DNA of 64,000 bases from Lobosporangium transversale. Its lineage: Eukaryota. This document shows positions 25,226-38,907 of the stretch, piece by piece. The notes below the pieces were generated by a model. The model searched no databases. It was not told the origin of the DNA and saw nothing but the letters and a program-made list of their open reading frames with translations. The position numbers were made by a program, and so were the translations under genes. The stretch lies in the NCBI RefSeq assembly GCF_002105155.1, contig NW_019028979.1:186001-250000 (forward strand), read 5' to 3'. Within the stretch, counting starts at the first letter, position 1, and each line of letters begins with the position of its first letter.

Positions 25226-27310
25226 TTAGTGGATGTGAAAGCAGTTATTACAACTTCCACGCTTGAACACATTCGCTGAAAAATCTGTGCATTGACACTC
25301 ACGACAAGGCCCCATCTCACTTTCAGTAGAGCTCGATGTTTGGTTCGAAAAATAATCTTTAGGAATATAACCCATCATCGGTGCTCCTGCTGATGGAGTA
25401 GGGGGAACAGGTGAGGATGGTCCTCCTCCTGAGGCCATCAAGGGCGGTGTAATCACTGGTGTAGTCGAGCTAGAAATGACTGGACCTTGTTTCATTGGCT
25501 CTGCAGTCGCACGTCGAGTTGGTGGAGGGGGTGGAGGCATCCTACTACCAATGGTCGATGATCTGTTCACAGGCGACAGAGCCGATGCTGGTCGATTCTG
25601 AGGAGGTGTTGCACGTGCAGCTGCCGAAGGTGGCGTAGCAAGAGGTACTCCATTTGTATATCCATGTCCATGTGCATTGGAGGTGGGCACATTGGATACA
25701 GGCGCAACATAGGAAGCCTGTCTCGTTGCTGGTGGTGGCGGGGCTCTCCTCGTAGCCGGCACTGGTACAATTTCTTCTGGCTCAGCATAGTGGACTGTGG
25801 GCTCTGTCTCTCTCTCATAGTACGCTGTCTCGTCCTCATCCATGTAACGTCCTGGGTCAGAAGAGTTTGAGTGAGTGGATCCTTGACGATGGGTCGATCC
25901 CGAATCACTCATGATTTCTTCGCAATAATTAGAAGGAATCATTCCGGTGTGTCGGACCCCATTTGCATCAATCAACTCTCCTTCCCACCAGCCCTCATCA
26001 ATCTCTTCCACAATGCGGATAATGTCACCTTTCTGCATTGATAGTTCATCATCGCCAGTGGCATCAAATGAAAATAGCGCTCGCACCTGCTTCTGTGCTC
26101 GACCTCTGCTCGGAGGAGCTGGAGGTGGTGCCATAAATCCATTGGAGCGGGCACTTCCACTTCCACTTCCTCCACTGTTCTTTCTAGTCTGCGCCGCATT
26201 AGGTGTCAGATGGGACATTGATCGACTCATTTCCAAGTTCGGATTTTGGTTCATGTTGCTGCGACGCAAGTCCGCAGAAGATGGGGTTCTATCGAAGGGC
26301 TGACGCCCATTAGGTATTGACTGAGTGCTTAATTGGTCATCCGAGTGGTTAGAGCGTTCGTCATCAGGCTCCTGAGAGTTCTGTCGGCTCAGTTTCGTAG
26401 AGGTACCGTTGCCATTATATAGCGAGGCGCGTGACCCGTTAGGAGATGTGCTGACAAAGGTGCTTTCTGGGATAGCTTCCAAGATTTCAACTACCCTACG
26501 AGCATATGCCAGTTGCGCATCATAATACGATTTGAGACTACTCAGGTTATCGTCCTACAATGAGCATGTGGAAACATGGTTCCAAATGATGTTAGTCAAT
26601 CTTGCAGGTAATCACCTCAGATTGGAAGCTTCATAGACAATAAAAGATATGTTGTTTGTCACTGTACCTGGGATTCATTAATAGTAGTCATGAGATTGAG
26701 TACATTCTCTCTGGTCTCTTCATATTTTGCCTTTGCAGCTTGCATTTCTTCTTCCCATTCTGGCTTCTCTTTCTTGGCTTTTTGTACCTTGGCAAGCTTG
26801 GAATCGTAATCCTGTCGCCTTGATAGTAGCTTTTTTTGTAGTGCCTGATACTCTTTCATCTGTGCCTGGGATTTCTCAAGGCAATCGAGATATGAGCTAC
26901 CAAAGCGGGAAATCTATTCAAAAGAACAGGGGTATTGTAAGATGGGAGTTAATTAAATATCAACCATATACTTGGAAAGGACTAGGAATAGACTAAGGAG
27001 GCCAACGTTGCTTACCAACTCCAATTGAGCGGCGCCGATATTTTGATGTGCATCGCCCATGCGCTGAAGTGCTGTCCTATATTGTGACCCCTCGCGGATA
27101 GTGTAGCTTTGAGCAGACAGGCTCATACCGAATGTCTCGATGGCCAATCCCTTATATTTGTCATCACCTTCAACTCGTTTGCCTAAAAAAAAAAAAAAAA
27201 AAAAAAAAAAGTTGAACATGTAAGCATGAATTATGGCATCAAAATAATTTTCATATTCCTCCGCGGCTAAATTTGGCGGGAAGGACAGAGAAAAAAGAGG
27301 CGTTTCCCGC

Positions 27311-27344
<34 letters not shown>

Positions 27345-29069
27345 ACCGGGTTGGCCGTGATTTTTAAAATTTACACTGCCCTCATATAGGCGATAAGAAC
27401 AGAGGACAAAGATGGGATGCATTAATATATAACCAATATATAACCATGCTTTGAGATACAGTATGGAAATATCCTGGTCATTGAACAAAACGATTCATCT
27501 CATTAAACATGCACGTGCGCCTGACCCAGTCTATGGCTGCAAGAGTAAATAAACTATTTTCTATTGCTCAATAGAATGATCTGTTTTGACAACTGTTGCC
27601 CACAACACTGCTCCACACATGATAATCAAATTAAAAAAAAATAAAAAATAAAAAAATAAATAATAAAAAGAATTAAGCTCAAGCTCTTCAATTGTTTGTC
27701 AACCCAGCCCGGTGTGCCTGCGCCTATCCACGCATAAATCAAACAGAATACATTTCCTTCTCTGCTTCTGCTCTTTCCCATTGTACGACCGGGGACCTCT
27801 TTTTCGTTGTTGTTGTTGAGAAATGAAAATGACCAGCGTAAATTAAAAACAGGTCAACTATAGTCTTTTAGACGATCAAACGAAGCAATCAATTCGACTG
27901 ATCAATAACGCACCCAGACTTTCAGCCCACAGACAGTTGTGCCTCCTTTTTTTTGTTCCTTTCAGAGAATTAACCAGGTAAACATTCGCCTCATTGCAAT
28001 CACATCAGGATATCATCTCTGAACACACATACACATCATGTCTTCACGGTAAAACACAATGGAGGAGATCACTCACAATTAGAAATTAATAATAGGTATG
28101 GCATGGTTGGACAAGATGAAGTGCTCAATGTTGCTCTTTTTTTTTTTTTTTTTTTTCCTCTTCACGTATACTTCCTTATTTTCTTTCAACATAGAATTCA
28201 ACAAGTGAGCAAGTCGCTGACTCCCAATTGAGTGAACTTGACCGGTGGCTCTTGTTCATACACTACACCCCCTTTACACGCGCAGACCAACAAAAAAAAA
28301 AAGAAAAGAAAAAAAAAAAATAGAAAAATAAACTGCTCATCATAATGGAACAACATATTATGAAGGGATCGCCATGAGTGAAAATAAAAAAATAAAAAGC
28401 GCATAGAGATTGATGAAGAGATAATCGAGATGTACCACAGCACTCGCTTCAATAAGTTCAATTTTGACTAAAAAAAAAAAAATATCATGCCATCTATTGT
28501 CATCTGAACCGCGTCTCAAAAACACAAACATGACTTAGAAACCTGAACACAAAAAAAAAAAAACTCATTTCCTAATGGAGTCAAGTTTCAACAAACTCTA
28601 GTAACGACGCGATGGTCAAATGCTCGGGTGATGACGATTAAAAAAAGAAAAAACTTTAAAACAAATAGCAAAAAGAGGATTGGGAAGCACATGGTTGCGC
28701 GTGTGTTGCGTTGAGACATGAATATGAGTTTAGGCTCGCGTTTACTTTTGCCTTTCTTTTTTTTTGTTCAGATCAACAAAACCGATAGCGAGCCAAAAAT
28801 GAGCCAGAAGGAATGAAGAGACAAGTGAAGAAGTGGGAAAGAGTAATACAAATGTTGTGTATGGTAGTAAACACATATTTAGATTGTCACATACTAATAG
28901 CTTTGAGATATGCTTGAGAGGTGTCGCCCAACTTTTCGAGTGCAATTCGCTTGGCCTCTGTCTCATTTGTCAGAGTATGAAAGTCCTCGTCCATCCGAGC
29001 CTTCGGATTCTTGCCTACAGTCCACTGCAGACATTTTGATAAAAGGATTGGTTCGACCAAAACAATACG

Positions 29070-29102
<33 letters not shown>

Positions 29103-29391
29103 TTGCGTTTCATATATTAGCTCTCAAAAACGCTAGTTTTTAGAGATTCAGAAAAAAAAAAAAGAGAGAGAGATCCTGCATGCCAATCATGTCAATATGA
29201 TGCTTCTTGAAGGTCGTTGGTGGGGAGGAATCAAGCACAGCAATATCAGCAAGTTGACAGAATTATGGATCCCATTTGTCCTGAGAGTCATTGTAACCGT
29301 TATTTTTTTATTTTTTTTGATTGCCCGTCTCCATTTCAAATTGCTGTTTCTGAGATGCAATGCATTCCTGTTCCAAGTCGATCTCATTCTG

Positions 29392-29422
<31 letters not shown>

Positions 29423-29597
29423 CTTTGTCATTCCAGTCTGTCTTTTATACTGCAGTAGAATAGAACAGGCGTATAAAAAAAATGTATTGGTGATAAAGCT
29501 GCGATGGGTGTATGGCAGGGTATATAAGAGAATGCGACAAGGAGTGTGAAGTTGGGAACAAACATACCTGCTTGAGTTTGCCGATATTTTTGATCAT
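25226..29597 (-). CDS. BAR-SH3 domain protein (endophilin-like) with Pro-rich tail and C-terminal Cys/His motif; 5 exons
   Basis: Exon 29597-29568 (MIKNIGKLKQ), exon 29024-28895 (WTVGKNPKARMDEDF...), exon from 27182 (KRVEG..), then LQKKLLSRRQDYDSK (BAR). SH3: VRALFSFDATGDDELSMQKGDIIRIVEEIDEGWWEG...GMIPSNY. One 1.7-kb intron at 27183-28894. Confidence 0.85.
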
Positions 29598-30635
29598 GAT
29601 GAAAAAGTGAGGAATAAAAAAATAGAAAAAAAAAAAAAAAAAAAAAACGATGCAATGCAATGCAATTCAATTGGAAGTAATGTTTAAAAAAAAAAAAAAA
29701 AAGGAGAGAGAAATGGGCGATGGTTTTTGTTTTTTTTTTTTAAAAAAAAGCTTAAAAATAAAAGAGGAGGTGTGAGTGAAGGAGGAGGTGAGGATGGTAG
29801 TGGCAGTGATTTGTTTCTGTTCCTGTTCCTGTTCCTGTGCCTGGGGCAAGATTAGGAGGCACTTGAGTGGAATGATATTAATATATTAATAATGAAGGTA
29901 GTTATGACAATGATGATGGTATTAAAATAGTAATAGTAAAAGCAGTGCAGCTGTGAAGAAGAAGCAAAAGAGAAGAAGAAGAGGAAAGAAGAAAGGGGGA
30001 CTAATAGAAAGAAGTAGAGAAAAAAGAAAAAAGAAAAAAGAAAAAAAGGTGCACCACCCAACCGTCCCTAATGCTTAATTATAATTTCTTGTACTGTACA
30101 TGTAAACAAGGGAAGCATTTTGAACGAACAGGATAAGCGTAATTCGTACATTTCAAAGAATGAAGCGCTCTTTTATATTCTTTATTCTTTGACTCAATCT
30201 GAATTGCTTTTTTAAGTGTGTAATATCCTTGCACAAATACATGTAGATATATACATGTGTTATATAATTTATACATGTACATCTATATAAATGCTACTCT
30301 AATACTTTATGTGATAATGAAATAAACTTGTATTATTTTAATATTTATATTTACAGATGTATAGATGTATATAAAAATATATATATATTTTATATACCCT
30401 GACATTTATTTTACTTTCGTTGGGTCCAACTTACTCATCTCCGGGGCACGTCATCCGCACTAGCGCACTAACACCTCTCCTTTCTTCCCTGATGATAATC
30501 ATCATTTATACTACACATAGTCCTATAGTCTATAGTCTATTGTGTACACAAGCTTATTGATTTGGCACCAATCTCTGGGCCCTGACCCTAATTTCACCAT
30601 TACGTTACTCATTTCCACCTGACACACACAAACCC

Positions 30636-30637
<2 letters not shown>

Positions 30638-30675
<38 letters not shown>
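30638..30675. repeat. (CT)n dinucleotide microsatellite
   Basis: About 19 TC units. Confidence 0.9.
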
Positions 30676-30678
<3 letters not shown>

Positions 30679-30993
30679 AAAGATGAGTCTCGGAATGTAT
30701 CCGACTTTGATATTTGTTCCGACCCTTTCGGGCATTGTTGTATAATCTCTTTTTTAATGCCTTTTAATGCCTTTATTCTTTATTTTTGCCCTGGCATTTT
30801 TTTTTTTTATAATCTGCTAGATCACGTCAACCGATGACAAGATGAAAAGGATGAGAACAAACAGGTGGAAGGTACAAAAAAGTTTGAATGATATACGAAG
30901 ATACAGGAATGAGAAAAATGGACAACTTTACAAAAAAAAAAAAAAAAAAGGAAAGAAATGAAAGCCAATGAGATAGACATGCTCTAAATTCAT

Positions 30994-33258
30994 TTAGCAG
31001 GCACAACCTCCTTTGTCTTGCTGCCCACCCAAACGCTGGCCATTGGCGCCATTCTGCAGATCCACACGTCCATTACTGCCACCCACACCTCCAGCTCGAG
31101 AACCACGGGTCGATGAGAGAATGTGCTCTAGAGGAATCTTTTTGGCAATCTCCGTGAAAACCTCTGCAACACCTTCACCATTCTTGGCCGATGTCTCAAA
31201 GAACAACAAACCAGCCTCTTGTGCATACGCACTCGCCTCTTCTGTTGGGACCTGACGACTAATACCATAATCTTCATCATCCTCTTCATCTTCATCCAAA
31301 TCCATTGCCTCCTGCTCCTCCTCCTCATCCTGATCACTCTCGCTTGTCCTACGACCCTTTCGTCCAGTTGAGACCAAATCAACCTTGTTTCCCGTCAATG
31401 CAATCACAATGTTGGGATTAGCCTGTCTCTGCAACTCTTTGACCCAAGACTTTGCCTTTTCGAGTGACGACTATGTTTTGTATTTAATAAACACAGTCAA
31501 GATGGATTTCAGTACATGTAGTTTTCCAGAGACTTCAAATTCAAACGACAATAAAAATAACACACCCAAAAAAAAAAAAAAAAAAAAAAAAAAAGACTAC
31601 GTACAGCCTTAGTGACATCGTAAACAACCACAGCAGCCTGGGCATTCCTATAGTACATGGGTGCAAGCGAGTGAAAGCGCTCCTGTCCGGCTATAAAATG
31701 ATCACAGCACATAAAGAACATGATTAAAATCAAGCAAACTCTTGTGCCTTCCTATGACATGAATGGTCCGTCCTGCTTACCAGTGTCCCAGATTTCAAAC
31801 TTGATGACCTTGTCTTCCAGCCGGCATTTTTGAGTCAAAAAGGCAGCTAAAATAAAAATAAAAAAGCATGGTCAATCAGATGGCGACAATCATATCATGC
31901 ATTGTTTGTCCCTGTTCTCTTCCTGATATCCAAGACGGTAATCGCACAGTCCTTTTTCTTGACAGAGTATAAAAACAGACAGCTTACCTCCAATGGTTGG
32001 CTCCTTGTTCTCCTGAAACTCGTCATTTACGAATCGAAGAACAAGACTCGACTTTCCAACAGCAGCCTCGCCTATACCAAATCGAAAAATAAGATGGCGT
32101 GTTTTTTGTCAATGTGTGATCACAAACAACGCAAGCAAAATAATAATAATCATAAAATAAGCTTGTTCATATCCATGGTTCACAAGTTGTCCAAAGATCT
32201 CTCCATACTCTAACAAAAACGCATTCTCTCTAAATACAAATAAAATACAGTAAAGCAATATGTGTATGGGCATGGCGTCTTCGGATGGAATGATTATTAC
32301 TATCGCTTGAGTAGATATCGAACCATTGGAATGATCCTCATTCTTTCCACAATGTCGAATGTATCGATGTCATATTTGTGGATCTCCTTTGTCCCAAAAA
32401 AAAAAAAAAAAAAAAAAAAAAATTGCTGGCAACTGGCTCTAAAAAAATACAAATGATGCACCTAGAAAAAATAAAATAAAATCCCTTTGGATAAACAGTA
32501 GTTTCAACATCATGTCATTACTACCACTGCCCGTCAGTCCAAATGGTGTCCACTGCCTGAAAACAAAAAAATAAATAAACTATCCCTTCCTCACATCTTT
32601 ACAAAAAAGAACCTCCTGACATCTGAACAGGCTTCCTGTGTTTTTTTTTTTTTTCTTTTTTTTTTTTTTTTATAAAAAAAAAACTTTCCTTAGATTCGTA
32701 GTATTGCTTTGTTTTTTGCTGGGCACATGTTGGTTAAAGTTGTGCCTGAGTATCAGCAGGTTTTTTGTGTAGCAGCCATGGAAAAGGAGTGATTCCAACA
32801 TGTTAAAGTTGAAGAATTCTTTTGGGCTCAATGTAACAGGAGGTGACAGAAAGGTGCAACATAACTCGAGAAACAACAGGAATTTCAATAACAACAACAA
32901 AAAAAAAAAAGTATATCTCCATCTCGTTGAGCGAATTGAGACCAACTCTATCACAAGAACTGCTCGCTGTCACTTTTTGCTCATCCAGATAAAGAAACGC
33001 TGAACAGATAATCTGTCTGTCTTTTTTTTTTTTTTTTCCTTTTCATTCGAGGTGCGCAACACGAAAGTACGTTTAAACTGGTCATGTCATGGGTACTGGG
33101 CGAGACGTATCAAAGAAAAAAAGAAAAAGAAACCCCGGCGGAAACAAACTGGAATTAAAAAAAAAAAAAAAAGTATTACCAAGCAGAACAAGCTTAACCT
33201 GGACTGGCTTCATGTTATTGGCAATAACCTGGCTTGCGGCGTCGTTTGTTTGAGACAT
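30994..33258 (-). CDS. VPS21: Rab5-family GTPase (Vps21/Ypt5-like); 5 exons
   Basis: Spliced [67 protein letters not shown], with C-terminal CAC prenylation motif. Confidence 0.92.
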
Positions 33259-33751
33259 GTGAGAATAAGATCGCTTTCTATGAATGGGCTATTAAATGGT
33301 AATGTGTGTTGTGTAGTCTTGGCAACTGGTCAGTTGATTGTGCTTGCTTATTAGAGCTGGGCTGAGGCTGATAAAAAATAAAAATAAAAAAAGCAGTAGA
33401 AGCAAATGAAGCAGTGTTGGTGCGTCCGTACTTGTTGTTGAAATTTATTTGAATATACTTGTGGCGATGCTTGTAATGAATAAAAAATGAGGTGAAGAAA
33501 GAATCAAAAACCGAATGACAGCGAAATTAGGATGCTTAAAAAAATAAAAAGGTCAGTCGGTGTCTGCTGCAATGACGATGATTGTGTTGTAGGTTCCTGT
33601 ATCTGCATTGAGGTGCATAGTCTACTTTTAGAATACAGAAGTTCTGTAATTGCAAATGTCTTAGCTGAAATGCATCTCTCCATGTAAGCAATATTCTTTT
33701 CCTCTTGCAGTTGGCTGCTTCAGATTCAACACTTTCAACCAACAGCCTGTC

Positions 33752-34890
33752 ATGTCGTCCTCAACCACAAACACTATGGAGATCGAGTCGAGCGAGTAGG
33801 TATACATTTGTCGCATTACTCGATCATAAACCAGTCAACATTGGAATTCGACTACTTCTGCTGTCCTAACAAAGTTTTTTTTTATTTATTTGTTTCGCAT
33901 ATAGTGTAATTCGGCTTATCCAACAGTTTCTGAAGGAGAATAATTTGCTCAACACATTGGCAGCGCTTCAGGCATGAGGAAAAAAAAAAAAAAAAAAAAG
34001 AAGAAGAAGAAGAAGAAGAAGAAAAAGAAATATATATTCGTGTTTATATGGCATTTTCGCATGGAATGAATATTTGAAAACATGAAACCAGAGGAGCGAA
34101 ATAAGGAAGTGTCTAAATGGATCCAGTGCAGCATTTTGACTCTTTATTCGATCTGTCTCCGAAATGTTAAATAGGAGGAGACAACGGTGGTCCTCAATAC
34201 TGTGGATAGCATTGAGGCATTTACGTCCGAAATTTTGCAAGGGAACTGGGATAATGTTTTGCGTGTTGTGTCGCAACTCAAGATTCCAGAAAAGAAGTTA
34301 ATGGACTTGTATGAACAGGTAAATAACCCCCCACAACTGCCCTATGCTCTTTACAGACATGAAGATATGAATCAGCAATAAAGCTTCAGCATCCCTGTTG
34401 ACTTGGATTTGACTACCAGCCCATAAACACCATTCCCATGATTTTGCTTAAAAAAATGCCATAGATCGTAATTGAACTTGTAGAAATGCGCGAAATCGGC
34501 ACAGCTCGAACGCTTCTTCGTCAGACCACACCAACACAGTTACTCAGGGATCAGTTCCCGGATCGGTATTTGCATCTAGAGCATGTCTTGTCACGTACCC
34601 ATTTCGACCCCAGGGAAGCTTATCCTAATGGTGTTTCAAAAGAGAAGCGGAGACAGATCATTGCGCAAGCGTTATCAAGTGAAGTCACAGTGGTGGCACC
34701 CTCGAGACTGGTCACATTGTTAGGACAGGCCCTCAAATTCCAAGAACAACAAGGAATGTTGCCACCAGATTCCGCATACGATCTCTTTAGAGGCACAGTT
34801 CCTGTTGTTCAAGCAGAGACAGATGATGTGCCTATCAAATGCTACAATACAATCAAGGTAAAGCTAAGCTTGATATACCTTTTAGTCTTT

Positions 34891-34922
<32 letters not shown>

Positions 34923-36357
34923 CAAAAGGGCAAAAGGGCATGATAATCTTTTATGTCTTCATTTGGTACTTACCAGCCCATAAAAATCTGTACAAACATC
35001 AGTTCCCCAAGAAACAGCATGCTGAATGTGTAGCATTCTCTCCAAATGGACAATATCTCGTCACAGGAAGTATGGATGGCTTTATTGAAATTTGGAACTA
35101 TCTTACAGCAAAACTCCGAAAGGATTTGAAATACCAAGCCGAGGTAATAATTTGCGATACAACGCACATTGCACATTATCAGAGTCAAAAATACATACAG
35201 CACATATTTATTAATATATATTTGGATGGCTTCATAGGATAATTTGATGGCTATGGAAAGCGCGGTTTTGTGCCTCGCTTTCAGTAAAGATAGCGAAATG
35301 CTAGCATCGGGGGCACAGGATGGAAAGATCAAGGTGTGGAAGATTCAAACAGGCCAATGTCTTCGACGCTACTCACCAGCTCATCAAGGTGGTGTAACTT
35401 CGATCTGTTTCTCACCTGATGGAACTCAAGTTCTCAGTACTTCATTTGATCTTACAATTCGGTAAGGGAGACGATGAGCATATCAGCTTTTGGTGGGTGG
35501 GAGGAAGAGAAAGAGTTAGAATGGAGGGCAAGTAATAGGCTGACATATTAGACGGTCAAACTTTACATGTGTTTATGATATTGATAGCTTACATGGCCTT
35601 AAATCTGGCAAAATGCTAAGAGAGTTCAGAGGCCATACATCGTTTGTGAATCATGCAGCCTTCTCCCTCGACGGGACACAAGTCATGAGCTCAAGTTCTG
35701 ATGGTACCATCAAGGTAAAAAAAAAAAAAAAAAAAAGTGTATAAACTAACTTGTAAAAGAACTCATATTGTTCAACAATAGACAAGTAAACTAAAGATTG
35801 TATGCGTTGCTTCATTGCTTTATTAGATCTGGGATTATAAAACTGCCAACTGCCTAAAATCTTTCTCACCGCATGATGGAACAGGGACGATGGCAGGTGT
35901 TGCAGGATTAACAGTCAATTCATGTATTCCATTTCCTAAACCGAATCAAATCCTTGTCTGCATGAAGTCCCCCACAGCCTATTTGTTGACGATGGAAGGT
36001 GAACCTATTCGCAAATTCACGTCTCCAGAAAGTCAAACAGAAGGAGCGGTCAAAGACCTGGGAGCAGCAGCAGCGGCAAGAGCAGCAGGCACTGTTGGAG
36101 ATGGACCTGATGCCAAGAAAGAAGGGCTGGGTGTGCCCATGACAGATTACTTGGCCTTGACGTTGTCACCCCAATCGGAAATTGTCTACTGTTTAGCAGA
36201 GAACAGCCAGGTGCATGCTTTCTATTCCGACACTGGGAAATGGATAAAGTCGGTTCCTGTGGTGGAAGGCGAGGTCATTGGGATGGCATCGCATCCGTCC
36301 TCTAATATCTTGGCTGTCAACACTGTTGATGGGCGTGTACTCTTGTGGAAGGCATAG
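33752..36357 (+). CDS. SMU1: SMU1 spliceosomal LisH/CTLH-WD40 protein; 8 exons
   Basis: [115 protein letters not shown]. Intron 2 (33972-34174) is GC-AG. Confidence 0.95.
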
Positions 36358-36660
36358 AGAGAAAGGAAAGAATAAATGAGTAGAAAAGTTAATTTTCTTC
36401 ATACAGTATTAACCTTTTGATTACCAATTGCTATGATCTGCTGGATGTGAAGAGCTATTTAGAAATAGGGCCATCCTAGGAAGAAAGCACCAAGGCAATG
36501 TTTGTTTATGTTTTGGTTACCATATTTTCGTCCGGCTCGGTTCGATATGGGATAATGAGGTCAAACCATTTGATGCCACAACCATTTTATAAATCGAATG
36601 AGAATTATCTGGCGGACATGATTTTTTTTTTTTTTTTTTTTTTTGAAATAAAAAAGTGGC

Positions 36661-36693
<33 letters not shown>

Positions 36694-37322
36694 GAATGTT
36701 GTATCAAGTGAGTTGATTCAAGCAAAAAGCAAGGTAATATTGATATGATGGAGAGTAGGAAGGTGTTCAGATGTCTCCATAGTATTAATATTCTATTCTA
36801 ATGCTTCTATGGTATAAATACCATATACAAGTATATATATAATACTTCCATACTTTTCTTTTGTTTACGCGACAGAGACCGAAGATAAATTCTTGTAGAT
36901 TGATTTATTTGGAAAATAAATGAGACTGCGGTCAGGCCATTTCAAACTGTGGATTGTTTTCATATGACATGGAAATGAATTTGACTCTCTATTTTTGTGC
37001 ATAATCAGGGCTCGAAGTCGGCCAATGGCAAGATTTGATACGGGATTTAAACAAGTTCTGTGAGTTCTGTGCAAAGGAAGAAAAGTATCACAAAAAAACA
37101 AAAATCAGGCCACCTTCATTCTGAACCATCATTTCAACTCCTTCTTTCATTCATGCACTTCATTCATTTATTTAACTTCACCTTCGACTCACTTCCCTTC
37201 TTTCTTCTCTCTCCCTCTCTCTCTTTCGTCTAATATACATTATAATATCGAAAAAAGTTTCTTTTAAGGATCAACTCCACACACATTGACCATATTATAT
37301 AAATCCATCAATTGAAGCTGCC

Positions 37323-38868
37323 ATGACTGGATCGACTATCGTCCACACAACAACACATTATGCCACAGACAGAACTCGTTGGCGTCTGCGGTTTAACCAA
37401 GGCAGACAGACCTGGCACTATGTCAGCGAGGAAGAGAGTAAGGCCAATCCTCAAACCGACATTGAGAAGTATTGGCTCGATCTGAAGCTGGTAATTTTGA
37501 TTTTGCAGTTTGTGTACTTTGGACTTGAATGCACGGACTTTGTTCACATTCATAAACATAAACAACTCACCTCTTCATTCTCATTCTCTCTCTCTCTCTC
37601 TTCTTTCTTTAGGATGCTCCTGAGCTTCCCAAAGCGACCACAGCACTCGAGTCTGCCAGAAATGCCTTCGAGTTCTTTAAGCGTCTACAGAACGAAGAAG
37701 GATTTTGGGCGGGTGAATATGGTGGTCCCATGTTCCTGATCCCTGGACTGGTTATCGCCTACTATAGCACCAGTACAAAGTTACCTGATGGATGGTCAGA
37801 AGAGATTATCCAATATCTGTTCAACAGAGCTGATAAACAAGACGGAGGATGGGGATTGTAAGCCTTCTTTTTTTTTTTACTACTTTTTTTTTTTTTTTTT
37901 TTTTTTTACTTTTTTATTGGGCGGCCAACTCGCATGACAACGTCAACACGTATAAACATGTATAAACATTTCTTTTCTTTTCTTTGGACAAAGGCATATT
38001 GAAGGACATTCGACAGTATTCGGAACTGCACTCAATTATATTGTCCTGCGCCTGTTGGGTGTCGACGCCGAACACCCCGTATGTGTTAAGGCCCGCGGAA
38101 CCCTTCATAAACTCGGTAAATAGCTGCTTTTACAGCACACAGTCAAAAAAATATTGTTCACATTTCCCACGTTTATTGATGTTGATCTTTTTTTTTTTTT
38201 TTTTTTTTTTTGTGCTCCCTTATTAGGTGGGGCAACAGGATCACCTTCTTGGGGCAAGTTCTGGATGGCCACATTAGGTGTGTACGACTGGGATGGCATG
38301 AACCCTGTACCTCCTGAGCTGTGGCTGTTACCCCATTTCTTACCTTTTCATCCTGCTCGTTACTGGTGTCATACCCGTAACGTCTACATCCCCATGAGTT
38401 ACCTCTATGGTCGTCGAGCCACTGCTCCCTTGACCGATCTTACTCGTCAGTTGCGTCAAGAGTTGTATACTCAACCCTATGAATCCATTAATTGGAGTCA
38501 ACAACGCAACAACATCTGTAAAGCGGATGAATATTATCCTCACACAAAATTCTTGAATTTCTTGAACAGCGGTCTCGCCATAGTCGAGATGTTCACCCCT
38601 CGTGTTGGCCTCCGCGCCCAAGCTTTGAAAGCTGCTTATGCTCAGGTCAAATATGAGGATGAAAACACTCATTATCTTGATATTGGTCCAGTCAACAAGT
38701 GCATGAACATGTTGGCGGCATTTTATGAAGAGGGCAAGGACTCTGAAGCCTTCAAGAAACATGTAGACAACAACATTGATTTTATGTGGTAAGAGCTCTT
38801 TACACAATCAACTATCTAATCCATTAAGGGAAATTGGCTTGCTTGAATTATATCTCGAACTGTACAGT

Positions 38869-38907
<39 letters not shown>

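Noticed and set aside
30200..30410. AT-rich stretch with TACATGTA/TATATA palindromes as a possible MITE
   Set aside because: Low complexity, with no defined TIR pair or TSD.
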